Assembly (NCBI RefSeq): GCF_006345805.1
Contig: NC_043005.1
Coordinates: 58,652,001-58,716,000 of the forward strand
From: Octopus sinensis
Taxonomy: Eukaryota
DNA: 64,000 bases
Direction of reading: 5' to 3'
A program made the translations under genes and the position numbers. A model generated the notes under the pieces. The model was not told the origin of the DNA, did not search any database, and saw nothing but the letters and a program-made list of their open reading frames with translations. This document shows, in pieces, positions 1 through 13,010 of the stretch (position 1 is the stretch's first letter; each line of letters begins with the position of its first letter).

Positions 1-345
1 TAACTGGCTTCCATGCCGGTGACATGTAAAAGGCACCATTTGAGTGTGATTGTTACCAGCATTGCCTTACTGGCACCTGTGCCGTTGGCATATGTAAAAA
101 GATTCGATCGAGGTCGTTGCCAGTACTGCCTGACTGGCCCCCGTGCCGGTGGCATGTAAAAGCACCCACTACACTCTCGGAGTGGTTGGCATTAGGAAGG
201 GCATCCAGCTGTAGAAAATCTGCCAGATCAAGACTGGAGCCTGGTGCAGCCATCTGGTTTGCCAGCCCTCAGTCAAAATCGTCCAACCCATGCTAGCATG
301 GAAAGCGGACGTTAAACGATGATGATGATAATGATGATGATGATA
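1..345 (+). mobile_element. Family H retroposon (RTE-type 3' end, (GAT)n tail, internal ~48-bp degenerate repeats)
   Basis: Ends ...CCAACCCATGCTAGCATGGAAAGCGGACGTTAAACGATGATGAT. Homologous copies at 11738-12048(-), 27822-28285(+), 30958-31230(-); partial copies at about 1030-1150, 3090-3330, 17540-17700 and 29560-29700. Confidence 0.7.
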
Positions 346-709
346 TGTGTGTGTGTGTATGCATGTGTATGTGTGTGTGTCTTTGTGTCTGTGTTCATCC
401 ACTACCACAACTTGACAACCAGTGTTGGTGTGTTTGCATCCCCGTAACTTGGCAGTTTGGCTAAAGAGACTGATAGAATAGGTACCAGGCTTAAAAAATA
501 ATTACTGGGGTTGATTTATTTGACAAAAAATTCAAGATGGTGCTTTAGAGTGGACGCAGTCTAAAGACTGAAACAAGTAAAAGATAAAGAAAGATAGTGC
601 CCCAGCATGGCCTCAGTCTAATGACTGAAACAAGCAAATAATGTAAAAGATATGCATGCATGTGCATATATGTATGTATGTTACTGTTCCTCATTTTGAT
701 ATTGCATGG

Positions 710-928
710 AAGGCAGCGAGCTGGCAGAAACGTTAACACACCGGGTGAAATACTTAGCAGTATTTCGTCTGCTGTTACGCTCTGAGTTCAAATTCCGCCA
801 AGGTCGACTTTGCTTTTCATCCTTTTGGGGTAGATTAAATAAGTACCAGTTGCACACTGGGGTCCATATAATCGACTTAATCCGTTTGTCCTCTCTGTGT
901 TTAGCCCCTTGTGTGTAGTAAAGAAGCA
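710..928 (+). mobile_element. Family A tRNA-derived SINE with 12-bp TSD
   Basis: Head GGCAGCGAGCTGGCAGAA and B-box-like GAGTTCAAATTCC. TSD GATATTGCATGG at 698-709 and 929-940. More than 10 homologous copies in the window. Confidence 0.85.
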
Positions 929-2721
929 GATATTGCATGGTAGTTGTATCTGAGTGTCACAGTCATAGAAACAGTGTCTCTTCATTCCTATCGTCCATGC
1001 TGGGTCATGAGAAATCATAACTGAGTGCCTTGCCTAGAAACAGGTGAGGGTTGGCAACGGGAAGAGCACTAGCTGCAGAAAATCAGCTCCAGCAAAATTC
1101 TGTCTCATCCCTGGAAGCATAGAAAAATGGACATTAAATTAATGGTGATGTGCATGTCTCTATGGAATACCCAACCATTTACATGCTGGTTCAGTGAGCC
1201 CGTTAGATTAAACTAATTTCAATGAAGATCCATTTTTATTATAAAACAATGGCGTATCTATGTGGTTTGTTTACCTGCTAGAAATAGCTGCTAAATCTCA
1301 TTCATGTCATATTCTACTGTTATAATGGAAGAAGGACATACTGAACGATGATATCTCTGATGTTGAAAAAGACAAGATGGTTACAGTTGGAATACTTTTA
1401 ATCAAAAGCTTGATCAATCTAGACTGACCTGGGACAAAGCTATTTCACTGAGTGAAAACGATTGTCATCTGTCTTGGGAAAATGTTGGAGGGAGCCCAGT
1501 ACCCTATGAGGTTACTTAATCAGCTAGAAACAACAGCAACATCTCCCTCATACTATAGCATACTGTTTTAAAAATAGCATGACCGTTTGTGACAGGGTGG
1601 TTCTAGTCATACAGAAAGCTGGGATAGTTAGTACTGGAATGGATCTGATCAGATATTGCTCTTGTTGTTGCTGTTTAGTCCCTGGCCAACTTTGATTAAG
1701 TAGATCTATGATCAAAGGCCTTCCAACATGACCTTCTTGTCTTTTTTCTTCTATATGCAGAAAACTCAGAGCCACGTCCACTGTATCTGTTTTTGCAATT
1801 GTAGTGTGTGATTTGAGGGAGATTTGAAGGCTATTTCTAGTAAGTTAAATGAATACTAAGAGACTCTTTCATTGGCTCATTGACTGGATTCTTGCTTAAT
1901 TAGGACTGACATGACCTTAAACAACAACAGTATTAACTTGTAAAGTAGAGAGCTATGTCTACAAAATGGCACAATTTGGACTTCCAAAGCATTTGACAAC
2001 ATAACACAATCTCCTTCAGTATCTCTAAAGGTTTGTGGTTTTGTGCTGAAATTAGAAAATTGATTTATTTCCACATGTATCTGACTGGTTATATCAAAGT
2101 TTCTATAATACTTCCATATAGTTTCAGCGAGCAGAGAGATATATATTATTTATAAAAATAAGCACATTTGTTACAATTGTGAAGGAACAAGAAGCTATAT
2201 TATCACATTAGATATGTAATGCTGAATTTCATGAAAGAATAATCCTAAAAGAAAGAGAGAGAGAGAGAGTGAAAGAGAAAATGAAAGTGACAGAGAGAGA
2301 TGAGGAAATAGCTAAGCTTTAAAAGCAGAAGTTAATATATACTGGAAAGGCAACCAGGTATATTGGTACAGATATGCAGCATATGTGCTATGACACTTTC
2401 AAAATTTGTAACTTTCTGGTCAAGTTAGAAAATGAAATAAATTTCATTTGCTTGTGAATCTAACTGCTTATTTTCATCAAGAAATCTGTAATAGTTCTGC
2501 ATAGTCTCGAAAAGTTTAAAGACTCGTTGTTTATTAAATAAGCTTGTTTGTTATAATTCCAAAAGAACAATAACCTGTAATATTATTTGCATTTGATATG
2601 TAATGTGGAATCCCAGTGTGCTACGAAAATTTTCTGCTGTTCACTCAGTTTTTCTGGTACCAAACATTCTTTGTGCACGAATACTTTTCAAAATGGTGAG
2701 CCACTTAACATATATGTTGTT

Positions 2722-3022
2722 GTTTGTTCCTTCTCGAGCCACGCCTGACACATAAGGGCCGGTTTCCTAGTTTCCTTGGCATATAGGTTCCCCACCTGGA
2801 CGGATCACCGGTCTGTCGCAGGTGAGCTGCAAGATGCAGGAGGAAAGAGTGAGAGAAAGTTATGGCAAAAGAGTCAGCAGAAGTTCGCCATTACCTTTTG
2901 CCGGAGCTGCGTGGAGCTTAGGTGTTTTGCTCATAAACACATACATCGCCCTGTCTGAGATTCGAACCCACGATCCCTCGACCGCAAGTCCACTGCTCTA
3001 ACCACTAGGCCATGTGCCTCCA
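2722..3022 (-). mobile_element. Family C tRNA-derived SINE
   Basis: Reverse complement begins GGAGGCACATGGCCTAGTGGTTAGAGCAGTGGACTTGCGG...GGTTCGAATC (tRNA A/B boxes). Homologous to 16346, 19009, 22006 and 24147. Confidence 0.8.
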
Positions 3023-3114
3023 CACTTAACATATATGTGGTATTCTCATTATTTTATTTGTGGGCCAATATATGTGAATACCTATAACATGACCACCATT
3101 ACCACCACCACCAT

Positions 3115-3167
<53 letters not shown>

Positions 3168-3419
3168 TTCAATTTCTACTTTCCCATGCTTGCGTTGACT
3201 GAACAGATTTTATTGAAGCAGATTTTCTAAGGATGATGCCCTTGCTGTTGCTAACCCTTACCTGTTTCCAAGCAAGATAATATTTCCTCATGCCCAGACA
3301 TGTTTTAACTGAATTCTAAGAAATGAATGATACTGCTCGTATGACAGTGACACAGCTATCACATGTTGTCAAGTGAAGAACATGCAAACATACATACACT
3401 CCCCCATGCATATATGTAG

Positions 3420-3750
3420 AGACCCTCTTCAGTCATGAGTAACCTTGGGATTGCACCTAGAAAGTTGCCCTCCAAGGTATAAATCTGGGCAAAGTTGTTT
3501 TATGGAAGACCAGCAGTCACCTATGCATACCAATCTCTCCTCTCTATGCCACCAATGTTACATAAGGGAAAGGCAAAGGCCATTACAATTTGGCACCAGT
3601 CACATTGCAACTGATTTCCATAGCTGAGTGAACTGGAGCCACGTGAAATAAAGTGTCTTGCTCAAGAACACAACACAGAGACTGGTCTGGGAATTGAACT
3701 GACTACTACATAATTGTGTGCTCAATGCTCTAACCATTGAGCCATGCATA
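3420..3750 (-). mobile_element. Family G tRNA-derived SINE (CORE-like central region)
   Basis: Reverse complement head GCATGGCTCAATGGTTAGAGC, then TTCTTGAGCAAGACACTTTATTTCACGTGGCTCCAGTTCACTCAGCT. Other copies at 11618-12270, 28625-28810 and about 45000-45125. Confidence 0.7.
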
Positions 3751-4071
3751 TATGTATACACACTCATATACATATACGTCAAATTACTTTCTGTTTCTTC
3801 CTACCTAATTTACTCACAAGGCTTTGGTTGGCCCAGGGCTCTATTAGAGGACACTTGCCCAAGGTGTCACACAGTGAAACTGAATCCCAAACCACATGAT
3901 TGGGAAGCAAACCTCTTAACCATATAGCCATGTCTACTCCATGTTAGACTCACCTGCACTATATTGTAAAACAAAATCTCACTTTGTAGTGGTTGGCACA
4001 TTTGGATTTCACTATATAAGTAGTTTAAATTATTGGTTCATCTGTTTTCATGAAGGAGGAAAGCATACTTT

Positions 4072-4462
4072 TTTTTGCTTGTTTCAGTCATTTGACTGTA
4101 GCCATGCTAGAGCACCACCTTTAGTTGAATGAATCGACCCCAGGACTTATTCTTTGTAAACCTAGTACTTACTCTATTGGTCTTGTTTGTCAAACCACTA
4201 AGTGACAGGGACACAAATGCACCAGCATCGGTTGTCAAGTGATGGTGGTGGGGGAACAAACACAGACACAGGAATATATACATATATATATATATACATA
4301 CAACAGGCTTCTTTCAGTTTCTGTCTACCAAATCCATGCACAAGGCTTTGGTTGGCCCAAGGCAATAGTAGAAGACACTTCCGCTAAGTGCCATGCAGTG
4401 GGACTGAACCCAGAACCATGTGGTTGGTAAGCAAGCTTCTTACCACACAGCCACAACTGCAC
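4072..4462 (-). mobile_element. Family B tRNA-derived SINE (CORE-like)
   Basis: Reverse complement head GTGGCTGTGTGGTAAGAAGCTTGCTTACCAACCACATGGTTCTGGGTTCAGTCCCAC. Copies at 18515-18870, 25615-26008, 51420-51820, 53675-54340 and 57530-57935, plus fragments. Confidence 0.85.
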
Positions 4463-5454
4463 ATGGTAATTTTTTTCTCTTTTTTAGCTACTTTCAAAAA
4501 AATGTTATTATAATGATGTAACTCAAAATGTTATATTGTTTATGCATTTATAGTTTTAACCTTTTAGCATTCAAATAACTCTGTGAAATGCAATGCCTCT
4601 ATACTTGTGGCAGAATTGTTAGCATGCTGGGTGAAATGCTTAGCAGTATTTCATCTGTCACTATGTTCTGAGTTCAAATTCCACCAAGGTAGACTTTGCC
4701 TTTCATACTTTTGGGGTTGATAAATTAAGTACCAGTTGCATACTGGGGTCTTGTGGCAAAATTTCAAGCTGTTATTTTGATTTAATCAGGCATTGCCTCG
4801 TAGTTTCACAATTTTGATGGTATGTGTGTTTAGGTTTAAAATGACATTGTAGGGTAGATGCGAGAGGTAGCATCTGATTGGTTTGAAAATAAAACAGATA
4901 AAATATATTGGCTGAATGTGGCCAATTTAGATGTCAAAGGGTTAATGCATCCTTTATTTATAGCATGTTTACTGCACCCTTTTCTATATTTCAGTGTTTT
5001 ATTTCTGTTACTGCACATGCACTTCTGGCTTCTGTTGCTGTCTTTCTTTACATAACTTCTTGCCATTTTCTGCCCTCTCCTTTTTCGTTCTTCTGATGAG
5101 TCACAGTGCATCTGAACACTGTATCTGATAATCTTACTACTACTAATATGTCCTATCATTCCATACCATATAGAGTAATGAAATAATTGTTAGTCAATTA
5201 ATTAGTTTCTGTATTATCCAAGTTACTGTCTTCATTTTAAATCAGAAAGTTTGAGAGAGTGGGAGGAGGAAGTAACAGGATAAGTAAAGTGTTAGATAGT
5301 AGCAATTTCAAATGTATGCAATATATTTTATTTTTCTGCCAAGGCTAAATTAGTCACTTTAAGTTCAAATTCAAGAGTGTTATAGAAATTTCCTGTAATT
5401 AGTTTTGTTTTTCTAGTGTCAACTACATTTTGTATGTGTGTGTATATTCCAAAG

Positions 5455-5550
5455 AGGTGAACAAATTAGATACAAGAGTGCTTCTCACATTGTTTCTGTA
5501 CCAACTTCTGTAAATACGCCAACCTCAGACATTCATCATGTGAAAGAATG
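5455..5550 (+). CDS. Candidate internal exon (96 nt, phase 2-2) of an unidentified gene
   Basis: Acceptor ...tattccaaag, donor AATG|GTGAGC. Open frame GEQIRYKSASHIVSVPTSVNTPTSDIHHVKE. No recognisable domain. Confidence 0.3.
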
Positions 5551-5697
5551 GTGAGCCTAAACAAGAGGCGAGGAGCTAGCCATGTTTTCAAAGCAAAGAA
5601 TGGTGAGCCTAAACAAGAGACAAGGAGCTAGTTAGGTTTTCAAAGCAAAGAATGGTGAGCCTAAACAAGAGACGAGGAGCAGCTAAGTTTTCAAAGC
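5543..5697 (+). repeat. 52-bp minisatellite, 3 units
   Basis: Unit AAAGAATGGTGAGCCTAAACAAGAGrCrAGGAGC...GTTTTCAAAGC at 5543-5594, 5595-5646 and 5647-5697. Confidence 0.95.
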
Positions 5698-5710
5698 AAA
5701 AGCAAATATA

Positions 5711-6385
5711 CAAGGTGCATCCCAGAAGGTTTGAGAGGTTTTTTAAGGGAAGACATTTATTTATTTCAAAGAAACACAAAACCCTAATCTCCTTCAATGC
5801 ACTTGTTGTAGTGCTCTAGTCCTTTCATGAAGGCCCCATGGAAGCCTTCCAAAGCCACAGCCTCCTTTAACTTCTCCTTCTGCTTAGGAACAACCAAGAG
5901 TCACAGTGAGCAAGGTCTGGATTATAGGGAAGGTGAGGGATAGTTTTGATGCCCATCTCTGTCAAGTAATTGCTTACCAAGATGGAACTGTAGACTGGTG
6001 CACTGTCCTGGTATAGGTGCTCTTTTCTTTTGCAACGAAATCTCTTCCTGAACTTCCTCAAAACCTTCACAAAGTACCCTTTGTTGACTGTGTGGCCAGA
6101 GGGAACCCAATGGATGTAAATGATGCCCTTGCTATTGAAAGAAGGGGATCATCATGAATTTCCCAGTTGACTTGCTTTGCCTGGTCTCTTGGCTCCTATG
6201 AGTTAACTCATAAGTAGTCTGGGACACCTTTGCTCAGTTTAACTCTAAACTTTATTGCATAGCAAGCTTTCAAATTCTCTTCACATCCTGACTGTATTTG
6301 GCAAACTAATCAGGAGAGACAAGTAGTGTTTACTAGGATGTGTTCAAAGAGCCATTCCAAGTATCTCCTTCAAACTGGAATAAAA
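5711..6385 (-). mobile_element. Decayed mariner transposase fragment
   Basis: Translation ...KFMMIPFFNSKGIIYIHWVPSGHTVNKGYFVKVLRKFRKRF..HLYQDSAPVY..IPHLPYNPDLAHCDSWLF matches the mariner catalytic-region motifs (HQDNAP, YSPDLAPxD). TA precedes 5711. The 6385 end is approximate. Confidence 0.85.
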
Positions 6386-6822
6386 AAGTTAGGCACAGGA
6401 GTGGCTGTGTGGTAAGTAGCTTGCTTACCAACCACATGGTTCTGGGTTCAGTTCCACTGCATGGCACCTTGGGCAAGTGTCTTCTACTATAGCCTTATGG
6501 CATCTGTTTCAGTTTTGTATAGTCAGAAGTCATGTCTTGCTCCATCCCCATAAAATGGTAATATTTCTGCATGTTGTTGTGACTAAAAGACATTATCTGA
6601 AAAAAAATCAATGGAAGCATAGTTTCCTTCATTCGACCTCATTCCCAAGATTGACTGCCCCTAAAAAAAAATCTAAAATAAAATAAAAGAGCAAAACAAA
6701 AACATTAACAAACTTATTGTGTACAGTGCTCAGGTGCACTACAACTTATCAGAAAAAGTAACCAAAACTGCATGAACAGTGCATAGATTAATGCACAGGA
6801 AGTGGGCAGTGAATAAGTCTTC

Positions 6823-6865
6823 AGAAGAAGAAGAAGAAATGATAATAATGATGATGATAATGATG

Positions 6866-6927
<62 letters not shown>

Positions 6928-7259
6928 AAGAAGAAGAAAAAGAGGAGGAGGAATAATAATAATAATAATAATAAGAAGAAGAAATAATGATAATGATAAT
7001 AAGAAGAATAAGAATAAGAAGAAAAAGAAGAAGAGGAGGTGGAGGAGAGGAAGAAGAAGAATGATAAGAAATAATAATGATAATGATGATGATAAGAATA
7101 AGAATAAGAAGAAAAAGAAGAAGAAGGAGGAGGAAGAGAAGAAGAAGAAAAATAATAATAAGAAGAAGAAATAGAAAAGAAGAATAAGAAGAAAAAGAAG
7201 AAGAGGAGGTGGAGGAGAAGGAAGAATAATAATAAGAAGAAGAAATAATGATAATGATG

Positions 7260-7321
<62 letters not shown>

Positions 7322-7332
7322 AAGAAGAAGAA
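6823..7332. repeat. Compound (TAA)/(GAA)/(GAT) microsatellite block
   Basis: Direct reading of the sequence. It explains the three low-complexity ORFs here. Confidence 0.95.
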
Positions 7333-8369
7333 TGAAGGGGGTGCAGGGAATCAGGTGCACTATTGGTGAATTTCAAGAAGCATGGAAGTTTTGATAGATG
7401 TAATGTCTCAAGCTCAGTATGGTTTATTAAGTGGGCCTGAAGTAAAATTCTAATTCTTGGTGAAAAGACATCTCAAAAATCGATAAAGGCTTGTTTTATT
7501 TATTTATTTCTGAAATTTCTGCTCCCTAAGTAATATACTTGTTGCTGTTGCCGAGTGACCCCTGGCATGTTTTGATTCTGCTGCACTCCTATGACACACG
7601 GGTAGTTGGTGGAACAATTAGGTGCAACACATACTACTGTTAGTTTTGTCATATAATGTCTCCACTGAGCTGAGCATCACATTGCACGCTCACATATCCA
7701 GTAAAGCTTAAATGTATGGAGTGGAGTGTGACAGGTTGAATATGAGACACCCTCTGTCTCTCTCTCCACATGCTGTCCAGTTTATGTGTGAACACTTGTT
7801 GCTGCTGTTTCACTCCTAAGTTAAACCTGGTTGAGCAGAAATATGAGCAAAGTCATTCCATCTATGACTAGCAATAACAAATCTCATAACAATCCATAAC
7901 AATCTCATCCTTTTCCTACAGCCTGAAAGCCCAGGGTCACATTATCAGACGCACTCTTTTGTAAGGTTGTTGTCTTGTTATTTGAAGGAAATTTGACTGG
8001 TTTTTCTTGCAGGTCAAATGACCATGTAATCATGATTCTCAATTATTATAACATCCTGGCACACAGCAGATCAAACAGAATGTATTATTGATGTGCTTTG
8101 CAGAAAAAAAAATATATATAAAGTAATATGAAATATGAAAAACTATTGCATCCCTTCTTTGATTAATCATATTTGTGTTTTGCAAGTTTATGAGTAATAT
8201 GGTTTTTTTTCAAGACACTTAAGCATTAGTATGGATTTTCTAAAATCTTAAATGATATTTTAAAAATAATATAGTGTATCAAGTTATCTCTTGTGGTGCA
8301 CAAGTACCTGGACACACTGTCTGAGAACCATTTCAGTAGAAGATTCCATTTTTGATTCTACTGCTTGTC

Positions 8370-8660
8370 AAAACAGAGAAGAATAAGGAGAACTTAGTCA
8401 GAGGACAACATTCGCTGCCCCTCTATGTGTAACATAGTTTTACAGGCAGAAGTAATGCAAGTATAGTAGTAAAGATAAGAAAGATAAAATAGCTGGATGA
8501 ACGCATTCTTGTCTGTGGGCAATAATGTGCTTCTAATCTGCACGTAAAATGCCATATATACATGGAGCATATAGACATATATGAGGCATGCAGAAGAAGC
8601 ATGATGCTGCATGGCAAGGCAATGATGCTATAGCATTAAATACAGAAAATTTGCAAAGGC
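8370..8660 (+). mobile_element. Highly decayed RTE-clade LINE RT fragment
   Basis: Frame with stops reads ...VKCHIYMEHIDIYEACRRSMMLHGKAM, resembling the RTE LYxACVRxxMLHGSETW motif. Confidence 0.45.
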
Positions 8661-9854
8661 TGGGGAGAAATGAATTGTATATAATTCCATGAAATATGTA
8701 ATGTTAAATTTCATGGAAGGCTAATTCTGAGATGGAAATGTAGCTAAGCTTTAAAAGCAAAAGCTAATAGGTGCTGGAGAGACAGCAATTCTGTTATAGA
8801 TATATAGTGAGTATATATAGTATACAGTTTTAACCTTTCAGTAAGCCTTATTTCTCCTTATTGCGCACATTATGACATTTTATAAAGTCACAAAAATGTC
8901 ATAATTTTTCATGTGTTATAAAATGGAATCCCTTTACAAATAGCTGCACTACTTTCATATTGAAATCTTTTCTAATTTTTGCTTGCGTAAGTCCAACAGA
9001 CACATGAATAAACAAGTTAAACAGCTTGTTGTAATCTCTTGATCATAAGGAATTGATTCAGGAAGCAGTTTTAAAACAATAATTCAGCAAGTATGAAGCT
9101 AACATGACAGCTGTGATGTAAAGACAGTCACTGCTTCTATTTCACAATTAGCCAAGTTTATTACAAAGCAAACTACATGCAGTAAATCAATATCTTTCTC
9201 TAAGTGTTTGGACGTTCATAAACATGTACTTAAAATGCATTCATTTTACTCACAAAGATAGGATTGGTGAAATCACTAGAAAGATAAAGACATGCAGTGC
9301 TCAGCGGTCAAGTACATTAAAATGTCTGCAGACGTAGAGGGCATTATCTTCTAACATATATCATATAAATGCATTTCGAGCTTTATTGAATATAAAAGAT
9401 GGATGGGATATCTGTTGGTTTCAAGAAGCAGAATGCTTTCTGAATACAGATAATGATACATTTCAGCTGGTGTCTACTAAGAAATATCTAAATGTTTTAA
9501 ATCATCTTTTATTCATGTCTCCTTATCAGATGGCCACACAAATTAATCACCTTTCAATGGATTTCTCTCTTCATGGATATGAAACATAAAGCTTTTATAT
9601 ATGTAGAAGAATTGGATGCAAGAATGGATGGCTGTGGAGTTAACAAGCTCACTTTGTAACTGTGTGGTTCTTTGTACTTGATCCTGCAGTGTGGCATTTT
9701 GGACAAGTATCTTCTGTTGGAAGCCACAAATACTTCCTGGTATTTATTGTTTGTGTCCATCTTTAGCCTAAATTGCAATGCTTTGGATGCTGGCTTTGTG
9801 TTTCATTTCTACAGTTTAAACAACTTAAACAACACTTACTATAGTTGCTGTCAC

Positions 9855-10340
9855 TGTTCTTACTTACTTGTACTTGTGACGACATTCACCCAGGGCGGGT
9901 TGAGCCGGCTTCTTCTCTGTTCCTAACGGCATCACGAACCATGGTAGCCCACACTCAATGGTCCTGTGCGAGGTCACTGGAGATAGCGAGCCATTCACAG
10001 TTCCATCTGCGCAGACTGACCACCTGCGGACCTGAGAGTTCGGAGAGGTCCTCCTTTATCATCATTGCCCAGGTCTTCAGCTGCCCACCTGCGCATTTGC
10101 TCCAGCTGGGAAGTGGAGGTGGGAGGAGGACATTGCGAATCAGCTCAGCCTCTGGACACTGGGCCTCATAACTGAACCACTTTAAATGCCATTGTAGAAT
10201 CACCGAAGGGAGGGTCCGGAGATTCAGGTGATGATGAAGACCGGCTGTAGGAACCTGATCAATGCATCGGCAGCGAAGAATGTGGCAGAGTCAGTCATTG
10301 TCGAACACCTCTAGCCCTGTTCAGCCTCAAGTTAGTCATG
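9855..10340 (-). mobile_element. RTE-clade LINE 3' fragment
   Basis: ORF 9955-10203 ILQWHLKWFSY..ELIRNVLLPPPLPSWSKCAGGQLKTWAMMIKEDL..GPQVVSLRRWNCEWLAISSDLAQD matches the RTE RT C-terminus. Short CAAGTA-type repeat tail near 9860. Confidence 0.8.
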
Positions 10341-10529
10341 ATCAAGCAGACCTGCCATGAAAAGCATGACTGTCCTTCCATTTCTTTTCCTTCCAGCTCA
10401 CTAAATATATCTAGGAATACAATATTCAGTTTCTTCTTTGCTTTGTAAAATAGTGGGGTGGGATTTTTAACTGACTGAGTTACCACCACACAAAGGCTTT
10501 GTCCTTGACTCAGCATAAAGCTGCTTTAA

Positions 10530-10750
10530 CCCTTTCGGGACTGTATTTATTTTGAGATGCTCTGTGTTTTTTTTCAATTACTTTAAATATAACAAAGAAT
10601 TTAGTAAAATAACTTAATTATCATTCAGCTAGTGTTAGGAACATAAATTGTGACTAAGGTTTTGTGAAAGATTTTAGTTAAAAACTTATGAAAACAAGAC
10701 ATTTATATTCAGAGCCAGAGCCAGTTTCAGCCAGGTTGGTAATGAAAGGG
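10530..10750. mobile_element. piggyBac-like MITE
   Basis: TTAA at 10526-10529 and 10751-10754, with CCCTTTC...GAAAGGG termini. Confidence 0.75.
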
Positions 10751-11617
10751 TTAAATCATCTGTAGATAGGAGTCAACTCACTTTTCCTTTACCTGTGTTT
10801 TCCCTCCCATGACTGCAATTCCTTAACTTTGTTTAGTATAACCAACAAAGAGATCATTAAATTACAAACAAAACAAGAAAAAAAGGTTGTTCACTTGAAA
10901 TCTTCTGATTTGTATCTCTCTTAATCTTTCCCTCCCTCTTGATGTTAACTCCACTCTCCAGTGATATGCTGCATTTTCTAACTAGAACCTAAACTTTTCT
11001 AAAATCTTGATCAGCTCTAGGCACCAATTGATTCACAAGTATGGAACTAAGTTGTATTCTTTTCCATAATCTTTGCACACATTGCATAAAACTCAAACTT
11101 TTTCAGGAATTTCACACGAGCATCTCCTTAATCATGAATTTGCCTTTTCTTTTTCTACCTTTTTTTTACAACAGGCTTTCCATTTATTAGACATTAAACG
11201 TTTCCATATGTATAGTAGCGACATACTAAAATTGCAATAAACTAGGTTACATAACTGCCTCTCCTGAAAGAGTCTCAAAACTTCTGGAATGTATCTCTTA
11301 CAATACATTCTCAAGCACACACACACATATTGATTAATTGAAAGAAGCACAAAACTGTAGTAATCTCCTTCAAAATAGGATCCTCTGATCTTTATGTGCT
11401 TATTGTAGCTACCTTTATATGTCAAGGTTTCTTTTATTCTTCCATTATTTTCAGTGGGTGGAAAATAGCCCTGAAACAACAAATTAGCTGGAGAGTTGTA
11501 CATAGTATCTAAGAGAACCACACGTAGCACTTAAGCAACAATGTAGCTGCCATTGACATACATTATTATAGAGGTAATAAGAAGAGACAGAAAGTGTTTA
11601 GCCATCCATTAACTGAA

Positions 11618-12270
11618 GGTGCATGGCTCAGAGGCTAGAGCATTGTGCTTACAATTGTGAGGTTGTGAGTTTGATTCCTGGACTGGGCTGTATGTTGTAT
11701 TCTTGAGCATTTTATTTCATGTTGCTCCTGTTCACTCATCATGATCATCATCATCATCATCATCATCATCATTTAACGTTCGCTTTCCATGCTAGCATGG
11801 GTTGGACGAATGACTGAGGGCTAGCGAACCAGATGGCTGCACCAGACTTCAATCTTGACCTGGCGGAGTTTCTACAGCTGGATGCCCTTCCTAACGCCAC
11901 CCACTCTGAGAGTGTAGTGGGTGCTTTTATGTGCCACCAGCACAGGGCCAGAAGGCGGTACTGGCAATGACCTCGCTTGAATCTTTTACACATACCACCG
12001 GCACAGGTGCCAGTAAGGCGATGCTGGTAACAATCACGCTTGAATGGTCTGTAGAAATTAGTTGTGGTGTCACTGGTACCAAGCTGTATTGACCTTTGCT
12101 TCTCTCTTGGACAGCATCAATGATGTGGAAAGGTGAGACTGTTATGCATGGGCGATGGCTGGTCTTTCACAAACAGCCTTGCCCAGATTTGTACCTGGGC
12201 AAGGTACAAATCTGTACTTTGTACTTTGTTGGTGCAATCCCATGGTCATATGTGACTGCAGGGGATCTTT
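11618..12270 (+). mobile_element. Family G SINE interrupted by a family H copy (11738-12048, -)
   Basis: The G sequence breaks at ...GTTCACTC and resumes at CTGTAGAAATTAGTTG after the inserted H copy. Confidence 0.75.
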
Positions 12271-12744
12271 AACTTTACTGAATTTCCACCACAAGTTCCT
12301 TAATCCTAATTAACAGAATTGTGTTAGCTGCTACACACACACACAGACACACGCACACCCACACAAACACACACATACATGCATCGCATCATAGTAGACA
12401 ACTAATCTGCAACTGTGGTGTTTAGCTGAATTTGCATATGTGTACTTTAGCTAACAATGTACATTTTATGCACAACACAGCAAATTTATTTCAAAAGAAC
12501 TGAAATAAATTTAAACATGAGGAAGCCATTAGCTGTAATAAAGAACTATACAAGAATGTAAACACATTCTTCAAATGATTTCGGTGCAGAGAAAAACTAA
12601 AAGAAATACGTTTTAGTGAAGAAAAATGCGGTATCTAATTCAAGGGAGATGATTTAGAGTATCTGACCACATGAGTCATAACTGTTTCGCTTTATTTTAC
12701 AGTTAAATTGAATTTATTTTTGCTTTTAACCTGTTCTATTCCAG

Positions 12745-12851
12745 TATCACTTAACACAAGATTTGTGTTCTCGTCAACTATCATTAAAAAATAGCTGCAT
12801 CTCATTATCTGGTGCAGGGGATTACAGATATATTACCAATAAATGCCAAAA
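12745..12851 (+). CDS. Candidate internal exon (107 nt, phase 0-2)
   Basis: Strong acceptor ttttttgcttttaacctgttctattccag and donor AA|GTAAGA. Only one frame is open: YHLTQDLCSRQLSLKNSCISLSGAGDYRYITNKCQ. Confidence 0.3.
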
Positions 12852-13010
12852 GTAAGAAGCCATAGCTATCAACTGCATTACTGAATAACAAAATAATTTA
12901 CTCTCTACTAATTCAGTGTTGAGTACTCCTTCAGTGTGTCATACTAACATACATACATGAAATATTATATATATATATATACAATTGCTGAGTGGAAGGT
13001 GTTTATAAAC

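Noticed and set aside
4880-5170. 107-aa ORF (4836-5159, -); similar segment at 22690-22900
   Set aside because: Both look like decayed LINE RT tails (GH..R..RG..W..IKED); not host genes and too degraded to classify.
5543-5697. CRISPR-like array
   Set aside because: The units are contiguous with no unique spacers, there are no cas genes, and the context is eukaryotic.
6714-7376. 131-220 aa low-complexity ORFs
   Set aside because: Triplet microsatellite artefacts.
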